Shown: in pieces, positions 26,996-41,099 of the stretch
Numbering within the stretch: position 1 is the stretch's first letter
Layout of the letters: each line of letters begins with the position of its first letter
From: Octopus sinensis
Taxonomy: Eukaryota
NCBI RefSeq assembly: GCF_006345805.1
Contig: NC_042998.1
Location: 191,890,001 to 191,954,000, forward strand
DNA length: 64,000 nt
Direction: 5' to 3'
Position numbers and translations under genes: made by a program
The notes under the pieces: model-generated
Databases searched by the model: none
Seen by the model: only the letters and a program-made list of their open reading frames with translations
Told to the model about the DNA's origin: nothing

Positions 26996-27984
26996 TCGAT
27001 TAATTCAACCTCAATACCTAATTCCTACTTATTTTATCGATTTAAGAATGTTGAAAAGCAAAATCGATTTCGATCAGATATGATTTCATAAGTTACACAG
27101 ATCATTATTTTATGGTATATAAAATAAGAACCGTTCAAGCACTTTTATCGGTTAAATTGATTTCAGTCACACCACCCCCAGTCAAATAAAACAAAAAAGA
27201 AACTCCTAAAGAACTGTAACTACGTATAAACCTCATTCTAAATTATCCGATGTGCTTTCAACTTTATCATCCCAATTTAAGCTCATGCATCTCCTCCCGC
27301 CATCGTTCCTTTTTCACACAATCACTATTTCCTTTGTCTCGTATCAACCAACAGTTGACGTCACCTTCAGACGATCTTAAATTTAAAAAAAACCAAAAAA
27401 ACAAATGAGTCTGTATCAATATTTCTTACGATATAGTAGGTACTTTAATACGATATATAAAATCCGTGAAGTATAAATTCATATGATGCAGTCTCTGATG
27501 TCAGTCAAATAATCATTGATTCAAACACTAATACGTTAACCAAAGAACAGACTCATTAGATAATATATTCCAATATATTATTAAACAGATGAAGTTCTAA
27601 TAAGTAGATAGACAGAAATCTATGACCTTTTGACCATGAGTTTTCTCTATTCTATTTGACATGGATTTAAAGAACAAAAACATTCACATTTATGATTATA
27701 TAGAAATAGTTCTACAATATGGCTTCAATAGAATTGTTCAGAGCCATAATGATCATCATTCGGCTGAGATGCATATGTACTCAATGATCTCTTTCTTTCA
27801 ATTTACCAAACAGATTGGTTTACGGCAAAGATATAACATTAACTATCATAGACACGAAATTTGATAGCACCAAGCCGTCATATATAATAGCTGCTAACCC
27901 TCACTCTACCTCCCACTCTCCCTCCTCTCTCTCTTTCTCTTTCTCTATTCATATATATTTCTTTCTATGTGTGTATGTATTCCT

Positions 27985-28360
27985 ATGATACTGACATGCA
28001 GTGTCTGTGCAAGACCCTGCCTCAGTAAAACTGGACTCAAGAGTCATCTTCGTAATCATAAAGCGAAACAGATGAGTGACAACCTGGCCACTGGTGGTGG
28101 TGTTAGACACCATACTAATCATATCTTTCGGGTATGTGGAAGAGAGTGTAATTCGGTAGGATGACTTAAACGACATGCAATGGTACATGAAGCCCAGTAA
28201 CAACTACAGCCGGCCATTGCCGGTAAAGGTTTTAGCTGCCAATTCCGCACAAGATATTGTAGATCTTTAGCTGGGCTAAAAAGTCACATTCGATCACAGC
28301 ACCAGTAACAGTTAAGCTTCGTGCAATGGCCATACTCGATAACGAGGGGCAGCCATAATA
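27985..28360 (+). mobile_element. RTE-like LINE 3' end encoding three decayed C2H2-type zinc fingers
   Basis: One frame with two internal stops: CSVCARPCLSKTGLKSHLRNH / FRVCGRECNSVG*LKRHAMVH / CQFRTRYCRSLAGLKSHIRSQH*, then a short 3' UTR and ATA tail; no TGEKP linkers. Confidence 0.6.
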
Positions 28361-28502
28361 ATTTATGTATGTATGTATGTATGTATGTATGTATGTATGT
28401 ATGTATGTATGTATTTATGTATGTATGTATCAGCAGCATGGCCGAATGACTTAAAAGTTCGCTTGACGATCTCAAGATCTAGACTCAATTACGTGGTGTA
28501 GT

Positions 28503-28798
28503 TTTTATATATTTATGCGCCCTTTTCAAGCCTAGCCAGGATCATAGGTCCGGTTTCCCGGTTTCTGTGGCGTATGTGTTTCCCCCAAGCTGGACGGGAC
28601 GCCAGTCCACCGCAACGTTATTCAAGAAACAGGAAGAAAGAATACAGCAGGGGTCGCCACCATCCCCTGCCGGAGCTTCGTGGAGCTTTTAGGTGTTTTC
28701 GCTCAATAAACACACACAGCCCGGTCTGGGAATCGAAACCGCGATCCTCCGACCGCGAGTCCGCTGCTCTAAACACCGAGCCATTGCCCCTCCACAAG
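28503..28798 (-). mobile_element. tRNA-derived SINE family C, nested in an older SINE
   Basis: tRNA-like head (ggtttcgattccc B-box); TSD gtggtgtagt at 28493-28502 and 28799-28808; shares head and tail with 33620-33920. Confidence 0.85.
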
Positions 28799-30928
28799 GT
28801 GGTGTAGTGCTCTAAGCAAATACCATTTGTTATAGCCTCGGTTCAACTCATAAATTGTGACTGAAATTAAGTATATATAAACTTTGTGGAAGTCTGTTGC
28901 ACTTGATTAAACTGTGCAGTATTGTCTATTGCACACTTTTTCACGTGGATGTCGAGTGATTGGTACGCGTTTCTGTGGAATACTCAAGTACTCATGATAA
29001 TTTAATGAGCAAGACATTCAGTCAATCTTAAAAGAGAATAATCAACTTAGAAACTGTTGGAATTCCATCCACGTATGTACATGTTTTTATCCTCATACCA
29101 TAGCACATCTTCCACCTCTACCATGCAGTTGTCGGCTGTTTGGTTTATGAAGAATCATCGACAGAAGCTATCAGTCTCCATAGTTATCAGTCTCCAAAGT
29201 TAAGAAAGCATCAACTTTTCACATATCGCCGCTTATAAACATCATACAGCACAAAGGAAATTTTCATTGGTGCAATAGAATGTCATACAAAATATCAGTC
29301 CATCACCCATTCACATATTAGATTCTTCGAGTTTTTAGGATGACAAATGTACATTAGTCTACCGTTCTTGGAGTTTTAATCCGCAGCAAATAATATATGG
29401 TTTACTAGAGTTTTATTTAGACACTTGCTGGTGACTATATCCTGGAGATTGAGAAAACATTCGATATCAATTGGATGAAAATCAATAAGGGAGTAGGATT
29501 ATCATGCATTTCTTTCACTATGAAGGTATTTGAATGACAGAACTGACTATGGTTCGGAATCGAACGAAGCCGGTTACAGTATGTTACAGTTGCGGTTGTA
29601 TACTGAAAGTGTTTACACGCTCTTTGATTCCCATCCAAAGATTTTTATAGTACCAAATAATAACAGTAATTATTTTCTTATCCACAACTTGAGATCTACA
29701 ATGCTTTATGAGAACAAAGAACATTTTCTTTGATAAAAATAGTTGCATGAATATTTTTAGTTCACAAAATACACCGAAACCGTTTTGAAAAATGTATTTT
29801 ATTTTATTTTATTTTATTTCATTTTATTTGTGCCGCTGTTTCAATCTGTAATCGACTTGTAGGACTTCGTATTCATTTTATTGGTCTGCATTCTACCCAA
29901 CAATACACGTATTCTATGAGGATTCACATGAAAAGTTAATACTACATACATATTATTTTGTAGCCTTTGTTGGAAAAAAAAGTACTTTTACTCATGATAG
30001 CTGTATTCATTATCATTTACGGAAACTAATACAGCAAACGTCCCGTCTGAATGATCAAAGCAGCGCTGCACTGGTTTGAAAATGATTTATAGGGAAAACG
30101 AGAGTTGATGAAGTGACGTATAGAAAAGCAAAGTTGAACGTAAAACTCCAGTGGAATGTCTCTGCTTAATAAAATGCTTAGAATTAGCTGTAAAATATAG
30201 ACAAATAATCAGTAGGTGTGGTAACATGAATGACGAAGTGGTGAGAATGTAACAATAGAGGGAGTTTTATCCAAAGAATAAATATTACCAGTTGGTATTA
30301 AATATCAGGGATGTAAACTGGTAGTCGTTATTATGTTTAATGTATCTGCCATAGAAATAAGAAAAAGATAGAAAATAGTATCCATATTGATATATGAGGA
30401 GTGGCTATGGAATAAGGAAATATATGTAACCTAAATATGCCAAGGATAACAGAAAATTGATTTGCTGGAATAATGGAGGGCTTCCAAAATCAATAGCAAA
30501 GAAAAACTAATTAGAATTTATACATAAATAGTAGAAAAGAGTTGATAAAAATATATCAAGTATCCAAACTAAGAATGATAGACTGCACATTTTTTGAGAT
30601 TTTTCTGGAATATGAAGATTATGTCTGGAGAAAAATTTTTAAATATTGAAGCAAAAATTTTTCCGATACTTAAATCAAAGCATAATCAGAATTTCACCAT
30701 TTAGTAAAATCAATGTTCGCAGCGCAAAATATTAATCTAGAAGGTGAACAGAGGGAGGATAGGATAGCTTTGGAAAGAGATCGAAAGAGAGGAAACTGCA
30801 ACATTTTAACATGGACAAGAGCAAAAACAAAACAGCGACACGAACAAAATATAATAATCAAATTTAAATAGATGGAGGAGGACTAGTAGTAGAAGCTGAG
30901 ATGGTGGAGCAGTTAGGAGGAAGAGATG

Positions 30929-31068
30929 TAATAATAACAATAACAATAATGATAATAATAATAATAATAATAATGATAATAATAGTAATAATAATAATAA
31001 TAACAATAATGATAATAATAATAATAATAACAATAATAATAGTAATAATAATAATAATAACAATAATG

Positions 31069-31099
<31 letters not shown>

Positions 31100-31197
31100 T
31101 AATAATAGTAATAATAATAATGATAAAAATAATAATAATAATAGTAATAATAATAATAAAAAAAAATAATAATAATAACAACAGCAACAACTACAAC

Positions 31198-31251
<54 letters not shown>

Positions 31252-31255
31252 TATA

Positions 31256-31327
<72 letters not shown>

Positions 31328-31353
31328 CATAATAATAATAATAATAATAATAA
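30929..31353. repeat. (AAT)n microsatellite, resumed at 31566-31701
   Basis: Direct read. Confidence 0.95.
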
Positions 31354-31564
31354 TCTTTTTTTTACTTGTTTCAGTCATTTGACTGCGGCCATGCTGGAGC
31401 ACCGCCTTTAGTCGAGCAAATCGACTCCGGGACTTATTCTTTGTAAGCCCAGTACTTATTCTATCGGTCTCTTTTTGCTGAACCGCTAAGTGACGGGGAC
31501 GTAAGCACACCAGCACATCGGTTGTCAAGCAATGCTAGGGGGAGAAACACAAACACACACACAC

Positions 31565-31565
<1 letters not shown>
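31354..31565 (-). mobile_element. SINE family B, 3' half, inside an (AAT)n tract
   Basis: Reverse complement of the 36735-36921 segment. Confidence 0.85.
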
Positions 31566-31631
<66 letters not shown>

Positions 31632-31639
31632 TAATAATC

Positions 31640-31698
<59 letters not shown>

Positions 31699-32244
31699 AA
31701 TATCAGTTTCGTTTATTTGCCTCAGAGGAGAAGGATGAAGGTTATATTGCATAAATAAATAAACGGTGGGGGATTTGCGCAGAATTGCTCCTGAAAGAAA
31801 ACTCAGACCGGAAAACAACAATATATATAAAAATATATAAATCGATATTTTGCAATAGGGATATTACTGCGCAAGGCCCATCGTGGAAAACCCGCGGATT
31901 CAGAACTACGCCATCAAGGGCAAACGATTTTTCTACCCGTCTCATCCAGTTACCAGACGTATTATTGTAACATGTTCTGCTCAGTCAGATCTTTCTCGAA
32001 AATTTTCATCCACAATTCTGCGAAATTTATTAGAGGAAACACGTCATTCTCCACCTTTGCGTACCTCTCCAATGCAACTTAATGAAATTGATAAGTGGCT
32101 TCGCTTTAAAGGAAACTGTCTGCTTTCTGTCCATTCAATGTTTTCTTCCATGCAATCTCTTCCAACAAAGCCAGCAGACAATGACAATAAAAGAAGAGAG
32201 AGAGAAAGAAGACGGAAAAGAATACGTAGAAGACGAAGAAGACG

Positions 32245-32246
<2 letters not shown>

Positions 32247-32284
<38 letters not shown>

Positions 32285-32725
32285 GGTGGTGGTAGTAGTA
32301 GTGATGGTAGTGGCGGTGGTGATAATGGTGGTGGTGGTGATGATGGTGGTGGTTGTGGTAGTGGTGGTGATGGTAGTAGTAGTAGTAATGGTGGAGGTTG
32401 TGGTGGTGGTGGTGATGATGGTGGTAGTAGTAGTAGTAGTAGTAGTGGCAGTGTTGGTGGTGTTGGTGGTGGTGTTGGTGATGGTAGTTGTAGTAGTGGT
32501 GGAGGTTGTGGTGGTGGTGGTGGTGATGATGGTGGTACTAGTAGTAGTAGTAATAGTTCTAGTAGTAGTAGTAGTAGTTGTTGTTGTTGTTGTTGTAGTA
32601 GTAGTAGTAGTAGTAGTAGTAGTAATAGTTGTAGTAGTAGTAGTTGTTGTTGTTGTAGTAGTAGTAGTAGTTGTAGCAGTAGTAGTTGTAGTAGTAGTAG
32701 CAACAGCAGCAGCAGCAGTAGTAGT
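32247..32725. repeat. Compound (AGT)/(GGT)/(TGT)n microsatellite
   Basis: Direct read; source of the 200-280 aa low-complexity ORFs. Confidence 0.95.
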
Positions 32726-33092
32726 GAAGAATACTGAGAACAAAAATCAGAATAAGTAGAATTAAACGAGATGAATAGAACAAAAAAAAAAAACAGTAAA
32801 ATAAGTTATTACCTCTCAATTGGAATTTTAATATTCGATATTTATAGCAGATTATATTTACTTTGAATAACATAATGCCTAAATATAACATATCAACTTA
32901 AAACACTATAAGAGCAGTGTTTAGCTTTTGAATAATTTCCAGTGAATTGCGTATCTTATTTGTAACGGCAGTATGCTTCATGTCTAACCCTTTTGCACCC
33001 AATATTTATTCATTTCCTCGATTCACATTCCTGCTTCAGTGGATCGGGTACAACAGACCTTTATCAAAATAGAGCATTTAAACCCAAATACC

Positions 33093-33515
33093 TATTTCTT
33101 TATTACCCACAAGGGGCTAAACACAGAGGGGACAAACAAGGACAGACATAGGTATTAAGTCGATTACATCGACCCCAGTGCGTAACTGGTACTTTATTTA
33201 TCGACCCCGAGAGGATGAAAGGCAAAGTCGACCCCGGCGGAATTTGAACTCAGAACGTAGCAACAGACAAAATACCTATTTCTATTTCTTTATTACCCAC
33301 AAGGGGCTAAACATAGAGGGGACAAACAAGGACAGACATAGGTATTATGTCGATTACATCGACCCCAGTGCGTAACTGGTACTTAATTTATCGACTCCGA
33401 AAGGATGAAAGGCAAAGTTGACCTCGGCGGAATTTGAACTCACAACGTAACGGCAGACGAAATACCGCTAAGCATTTCGTCCGGCGCGCTAACGTTTCTG
33501 CCAGCTCGCCGCCAT
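33093..33515 (-). mobile_element. SINE family A tandem dimer inside a single TSD
   Basis: Two bodies and one head; TSD atttaaacc(c/a)aaatacc at 33076-33092 and 33516-33532. Confidence 0.9.
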
Positions 33516-33619
33516 ATTTAAACCAAAATACCATACAAAAGTATCCACCCAATTGTGTCCCTTTTAGTTGTCTCACTAAAATACAAAACATTCCTATGTA
33601 GCTCACACTCGCTGATGTG

Positions 33620-33920
33620 GAGTCACATGGCCTAGTGGTTAGAGCAGAGGACTCGCGGTCGAGGGATCGCGGGTTTAATCTCAGACCAGGCGATGTGTGT
33701 GTTTATGAACGAAACACCTAAGCTGGATGAGACTCCGGCAGAAGGTAATGGCGAACTTCTACTGACTCTTTCGCCACAATTTTCTCTCACTCTTTCCTCC
33801 TGCATCTTGCAGCTCACCTGCGACAGACCGGCGTCCCGTCCAGGTGGGGAACCTATACGCCAAGGAAACCGGGGAAACCGGCCCTTATGAGTCAGGCATG
33901 GCTCGAGAAGAAACAAACAA
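33620..33920 (+). mobile_element. tRNA-derived SINE family C, full length
   Basis: A-box TGGCCTAGTGG, (AAAC)n tail, perfect 13-bp TSD actcgctgatgtg at 33607-33619 and 33921-33933. Confidence 0.9.
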
Positions 33921-35029
33921 ACTCGCTGATGTGATGTACTCAGTGTCTCCCTACTGGGACTAACTGTGTGACGCTTACTATCCAAACTAGCTTATGCTAG
34001 ACAGCTATCAGAAGACCAAATGATTCCATCGCATTGAATCACCAAATTAGTAATCTTTCCTATGAAACCAACCTTCTTGTATCATTGCCAGCAGGGTCGC
34101 TACAATTTTCTCATTTAGTTATGCGTTTATTTATATATTTTGCTTAATAGATATTACAAGAGAACACCTCCAGCGATGTAACTTGCCCCACAATCCCACA
34201 TGCCCCATTAATTCACAGTTATTCTTACCAGTTGTGAAATTGTTCCCAGTTTCAAGAAACGGACAATCTGAAGGCATCCATTTTATCACTAAAAAGGCAT
34301 TTTCCGAAGCAATATATTTAGCTGGCACCAATCCACTTTAGACACTTGGATTTCTCTTTATATTGTTAGTATCTTAAATATATGCTATAGTGTGCAGTAT
34401 CCGGAAATCGTAATCTTTCTCACCCTTGCAAATATTACCAAATTACATTAATTATCAAATTATTTCCTTCATTCGCATCTCAAACGCGTTGAAGTAGTCG
34501 TAAACGAAAGATTTTTCTGTATTGTTTCCACTCTGTATTCTCTGTTCAGCGACCATCAGCACAATGCCAACTGACCCACGTAACTGGAGATGTACTATTC
34601 ACTATCATGCTTCAGTAGCTCTTTGTCTTGGAAAGTTCATTGAAAACAGTGCTCTTTACTTGGATATTTGCAAAGCCTTCGGCTGTTTTGTCTAGTGAGT
34701 CTCCAGGCAAAACACCCGCTGATTAGTTGCATTTAACTTATATTTGAATTAGAATTCTGCTTATTAAGTTGTTAGAACAGAAGCACTTGCATGATAGTGT
34801 GTATCACTGAATCACTTTCTGTCTAGCATTCTACCAGCTTTGCTGTTTCACTATTCATTTAGATTCCGTATATTCGTTCTTTCTAAATCAGTGATTTACT
34901 CACAACTTCCACTTAGACGTCCACCGAAGCGAATGATACCGGACTCACTGATCATCTTATTTAACATTAAATATGAACTACTTACAAGAACAGAAATGGA
35001 ATGTCTTACATGCCTTCACTAATAGATTG

Positions 35030-36062
35030 GATTTCAAAAATCCGTATCAGTTTCTTTTGCTCTATATTCTGTGAAACTGAACATTTCTAGGTTTTTATGC
35101 ACATTTGTTGGTACATAACCTAATGCCTCTATGATGATCGGTACAAATGAGAATTCATAGTCAAGATACAAGAGTTGAAAGTTCCGCTTTAATTCGCCAC
35201 AAATATTTTCTTTTTCCTGAATTTTTATTGTACATATACATCCGCTGGCTAGCTGACCTCTACAACAATTCATAACATCTGTTCCCTGTCCCAAAGAACA
35301 AGATCAGGTGGTCTGTTATGTTTGCATTAAATTGATGTTTTTATTGAGGTGTTCCGCCAGTATTCTTTGTTTTTAAAGGTGTTAATACCTGTTGGTTCTG
35401 ACATGCTTTTGATGTATACGTCAGGTGTATCCTTACTGCGGATAGCATTGTAAATAGTCTTTGTAACTATAAAATGCCCCAGAGAGAGTTTTTATCACGT
35501 AGATATTTTGGGGCAGTTGCTGATGATGGGGGTGATATGTTCCGCAATGGTATAGAACAGCCGACATTATTTATCACAACGTGGAAGTGAGGTGGTATCT
35601 TGGATCCTTTTGTTTATCAAGCATTTAGTAGCTAAATCCTTATCCTGGCTATTGAAGGCATATCCTTCTAGGTGGGATGAAATGTATCTATCGCACGTCC
35701 AAGAGATGCTACTCTTTCTGACAATGCTGTTGTTGCTCTCCAGCTTAGGAGATATGTACACATGCATTACTTTTTGATGGCATGATGTCTGCTACTCCTC
35801 CCAGTTTCTTTTTGAGTAGTTCAGTCCAGCCTCCTTTGGGTTACATGTTACCCAAGACAGGTGTATTCACAGAATAACTGCACAGTAGCTCACCTCCAAC
35901 TTTGAAGACGTTGCTCTCAATTCTGAGTATGCATGGAATGTACTCATTTCTTTCTCTACTGTTTAACAGCTGTCGTCTGATTAATACAATGTGACATTCA
36001 AAGACTCTTTGGATTGACCTTATGCCTCTGCCATCATCACTTCATCTCACATAAAGCCTAAT
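35030..36062 (-). mobile_element. R4/Dong-clade non-LTR retrotransposon, 3' ORF remnant (post-RT, Zn knuckle, restriction-like endonuclease)
   Basis: RLYVR*SDDGRGIRSI; LEGYAFNSQDKDLATK; CRLFYTIAEHITPIISNCPK; KHNRPPDLVLWD; VPIIIEALGYVP. Confidence 0.8.
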
Positions 36063-36128
36063 GTTTGTCTGTTTGTATGTATGTATGTATGTATGTATGG
36101 GTATCGTGATAATTACATAGATACACAC

Positions 36129-36166
<38 letters not shown>

Positions 36167-36451
36167 AACCTTTACATAAATAAATAACGTGAAATACACG
36201 AAGGGACGAACAAAAAGACAAACGGGTCATTCAAAGCCTTTATTCTTCAGTCAGAAACTGATCCCTCATCGCAGATTTCGGCTGTTTAATTCTGAGATCC
36301 GCTCTGAATCAGCCAGCCACAGAAGGAAAGAATGCAACGCAACAGAGACGAACATGAAACGAAAAATCTTTTTGGGAGACAGTAACGGTTAAAAAGATGG
36401 ATGACACAGGCGCCCTACGGCTTTGAGGCAAATATATATATATATATATAT

Positions 36452-36519
<68 letters not shown>

Positions 36520-36530
36520 GTAGATATATA

Positions 36531-36921
36531 GGTGCAGGAGTGGCTGTGTGGCATGTAGCTTGCTTACGAACCACATGGTTCTGGGTTCAGTCCCACTGCG
36601 TAGGCATCTTGGGCAAGTGTCTTCTACTATAGATTCGGGCCGACCAAAGCCTTGTGAGTGGATTTGGTAGACGGAAACTGAAAGAAGCCCGTCGTATAGA
36701 TGTATATGTATGTGTGCATATGTTTGTGTGTCTGTGTTTGTCCCCCAACATCGCTTGACAACCGATGCTGGTGTGTTTACACCCCCGTATGTTAGCGGCT
36801 CCGCAAAAGAGACCGATAGAATAAGTAATAGGCTTACAAATAATAAGTCCTGGGGGTCGATTTGCTCGACTAAAGGCGGTGCCCCAGCATGGCCGCAGTC
36901 AAATGACTGAAAGAAGAAAAA
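36531..36921 (+). mobile_element. SINE family B, full length (tRNA head, CORE-like segment, internal TG tract)
   Basis: ggtgcaggagtggctgtgtgg..ggttcagtccc..cttgggcaagtg..; at least six other partial copies in the window. Confidence 0.9.
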
Positions 36922-37160
36922 TAGTATATATATGATACCTTGAAACCAAAGTACATGTTTTACTCAAGTCTCGAGATGATCTCTCATAGCGACTACTCAT
37001 ATATAGCAAATACAAATATTCTTTTCTAAGGCTTTCCCTTCTACATCGGAAGTTATATAATTCTTAGCTATCCCATAATACTTTTATTAACCAAAAACGC
37101 ATATGTGTGTGTATGTACGTGTTTATGTGTAAGTATGTATTATGTATGTATGTATGTATG

Positions 37161-37194
<34 letters not shown>

Positions 37195-38868
37195 TGTATG
37201 TACGTATATATGTATACATATATCGAGATTATCCAGTTTATTATTCTTAATATAGGCGGATACGGCGAGATTTCTGAGAAAGGATCATCTGCTGTTTCTA
37301 GCTGGTCGAGTGATGACTTAAATGCTCTCATACGTTTCGAAATCTATTCGATATGTATCAATCCAAAGAAAATATACCGAGTTTATCAAGGAAAACTGCG
37401 GATAATCGGTCACCCTACTTAAAATATTAACATCTTGCTCAGCAAATTTTCTTGATCCTAAAATGAAGACACAATATATTATCTTGGTGTAGCTGCACTT
37501 TTTCCAAAATATATTAAATGACGTTCAAAGATGGAACTGATTGTGGGCTATTGAGCAACAACAATATAGATATTCATATCTGACAGAAATAACATACTGT
37601 GTTTTGTTCATAGTGATATTCTCCTGGAAAGAGAGAAAAAGAGAAAATTCGTCTTCAAAAAGGCAGTAGGCCAATGATGACTCAATTGAAAGTCTGTGAC
37701 TAGCAACATCGTCATTCAGAAATTCATGTCAGAAAGAAAATCATATGAAAATTACAATTATTATGGATATGTAAGAGACTGAATGGTTATGCAAAATTTA
37801 CTCTTATTGTTAGATAACAAAGACGAAAAGCAGTGGCCGACAAACCAATGACTTAATGCTGATTGTTACTAATGTTATCGTCAAGATAATCAGATGTTCT
37901 GAATTCTATATAGAATAGCAATACGAGACTTATATTCGTACTTAGGCTGATCCCCGTGTCCCAAAGAAAAATTCCCTTGGTCTTCAGCTAAACACAACAC
38001 ATTAACTAGTACTCGTATGCAAACAATGCGGATTATCTTCCTCGGAGACATCTTTTTTTTCCAACCTTCAGCTGTCTTTTTCACCCTCATTTTCCCCCCT
38101 GTGTCCCTATTTCTTTCTCTCATTCCCCTTCTATCTCTCCCTATTTAGTGAACATAAGTGTGGATCCTGGGAAATTATAGGCGATTATACGCAAAACCTA
38201 GATTATTGCCCAAAGTCCTGGCCCAATGTACAGAAAGCATTAGCAATAAGGCTAATAAGAGGACAGGTCCTGTAGGTTTAACTCTTATGTTATATCACAC
38301 TCTCGAGGATATCGGTGCGATCATTTGTAGACTTTTGATGGCTGTAAAGCGTTTGCCCGAACACTAATATATACAGATAACACACACGCACACGCGCGCA
38401 CACATGCACACATACACATGCGCGCGCACGCATACACGCACACACGCACACACACAAACACACACACACATACACACATTTCGATTTTTGTGAATGTCTA
38501 GATAACTTTATATGTCTCAAAACCTTTTGCATATTAACGATCAACTTAAAGTGGTTTCCAACAGCGCACATTACTTCAGATGATATCACACTGTACCCGT
38601 CCTTAGTCTTTCCTCTCAAACATCATCAGCACGAAGTCTAGACTCATCTAACCGAACCTATATTTCCTCAGAAAACAGAGACCACGAAGCAGTCGTCTAT
38701 ATGGAGATAATCTATTTTCAACAACACACTGTGGCTTGTCAATTCACATATCAATGAAACAATCGCGTGCTGCACACTATGAAGGTATGAACAATACGTA
38801 ATTAAAACCTTAAATTTGCGAGGTTAGATTGCAATGTCTTTGACGACCGTCCATGATCACCCCATATA

Positions 38869-39349
38869 CAGGGATATTCAAAAAGAATGAACCGATTTCA
38901 TTACGCAATAATTTAATAAGGGAAAGCAATAGAAAACTCCAGCTGAGTCACAAGTATTTACTCACAATCAACTTTTATTTCCTGTCTTACAAGTGTTCAA
39001 TATGGCCACCATCTGCAGTACGGGCAACATCAATGAGATGAGAGAATTCCTCCCAGATGCGTATCAGCATATCACGATCCACTGAATTGATCGCTGTTGT
39101 TATTCGATGTTTAAGGTCATCGAAGTTAGTAGGTAGCGAGAAAACTCACCGCCATCTACTCACCTCGATGACCTTAAATATAGAATAATCAGTGAATCAT
39201 GATATACTGATACGCATCCGAGAGGTATTCTTTTACCGCATTGATGTTGATTGTGAGTAAATACCTGTGACTCAGCTGGAGTTTTCTATTGTTTTTCCTT
39301 ATTAAAATATTGCGTAATGAAATCGGTTCATTCTTTTTGAGTAACCCTG
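38869..39349. mobile_element. Tc1/mariner-derived fold-back MITE built from two right ends
   Basis: TA TSD at 38867-68 and 39350-51; inverted repeats starting CAGGG.TA.TCAAAAAGAATGAACCGATTTCA extend nearly to the centre; minus 38987-39136 encodes LPTNFDDLKHRITTAINSVDRDMLIRIWEEFSHLIDVARTADGGHIEHL*. Confidence 0.9.
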
Positions 39350-41099
39350 TATATAGAATACACATGGCCTACACATTAATTGCTTTCCATTCGGGACCAA
39401 ATATATTTCATTTCTGATTCATTGATGTATAATCACCATTCATTCGCAAGCGAGCTTTGCTTAGTAAAGTGTTCTATGCTGTTGCCATTTGTTCTACGTC
39501 ACCATGTGCTCACTAGCAGACATAGACTTTAGGGTTGCCCCACCTCAACCTTGTTGTAGAGGAGTATCCAAGATGCGACAACAAGAGATACAGGTTGCCT
39601 GCACCAGTGTTTGGTTGGTACTTATTTACTGTAGACTGGAAGAACATGAAATGAAACGCCTTGCTCAAGGAGAGAAAATACTCAATAAAGTAATTAAACT
39701 CATTACGTTCTAAAAAATAGACCTTGCACCTTCATGATCAGTTGGTGAGCTTCTACAAATCTCAAGTATGAAACGCATTGAAATATTTATCACGTATGAA
39801 CCGCGTTAATTTTACCTTTCGGCTTATTAGAAACGATTCGCTCACGAAATCGGTATAATCAAATGGCTTACATTTGCACAGCATCCTTGCACGGATATGA
39901 CTTCATCTGTAACTTCATTACCCTCCTCACACAAATCTAAATGATCCACAAAGATCCGTTGTTCAATGTCATTCCTTATCCATTACTAGAGATGGGTTGA
40001 AATCCATAGCTGCAGACATTCTCTTTAGAAATTGTGACGTACAGATGAAAGAACTAAGCCTCAGACTTATCGATTACACCAGTCTGTGAGTCCCTGCAAT
40101 TAATATAAATGCTGCTCTTATTTATTTGAATATTCTATGAAAATTACTGGGAATTAAGATGAACAAGCTACATTCACGTTTTGCAGCAGAACTATAACAG
40201 GAATTTCTTCTCGAAGTAGGATAAATTATTTTGCAGTCAGGAAGAGGAAAGAAAAGTCGGCGAACATTTCGTGCAAAATCATTTATTCCATTTTGCAAAC
40301 TTCCTGTAGTATCTATTTGTCGGGGAGAACATTACAAGTATTCTAATGCTTCACTTAAATAGAACAGATATTATGTTAGTAACTTGCATATGATCATGGG
40401 AAATATTGATTTCGTTTGCTTCTTTTCAATGTAAGTTGAATATTTTACTGTAACCATTATCACTTCATCTCCTATGTACCATGTGAAACAATGAATTCTT
40501 TTAACCAACAAAAGGAAAATGGCTTCTCAATTGAGTTGGCAGAGAAATTTTCTCTATTGTATCGGTTGTGATATTGGTGATAAAATTATACAAAATGCTA
40601 TTCAAGCCAAATATGCTAATCAATGTATATGCGATATTGAACACCATAACATCAATTTGAGATAGAAAAGAGCAGCGTGCCAACTGACGCGGATTGAACC
40701 ATGTAACCATCGCTTGCCGGTATTTATACTTACTAATATCCACTACACTTAACAAATATCATTGAATTCACTATTTAATGAACTTGGCCATACAATTCAA
40801 CTACATTCAATTAGCATCAATTCAGAAACTTGCAGCATGTTAGTCAGTAGAAGAACCACTACGAGAATCCGTTTGCTCGCCTGAACCACTAGAACTAACA
40901 GCCAAAACTCAGTCCGATCACACTCTTCCGACTGAAAACGTGGCAGGTATATTGCGTGTCTTAGTTCTAGAAACCGACGTGATGATGTTATCAAGTAAAT
41001 GCATGCCTTAGGTTTTGGTGTGCTTGGTATCAACAAGTTCAAATCAGACGATACATTTTTCATTAAATGCCATTATAAACGCCATTAAATGCCATCATA

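Noticed and set aside
31883-32759. Longest ORFs (284, 225, 219 and 202 aa)
   Set aside because: Open only because they cross a stop-poor trinucleotide array; no domain signal.
36160-36430. Hammerhead in a (TA)n-flanked module
   Set aside because: GAAATC-TGC-GAT stem is present on the minus strand, but there is no correctly placed CUGANGA and G occupies the cleavage position.
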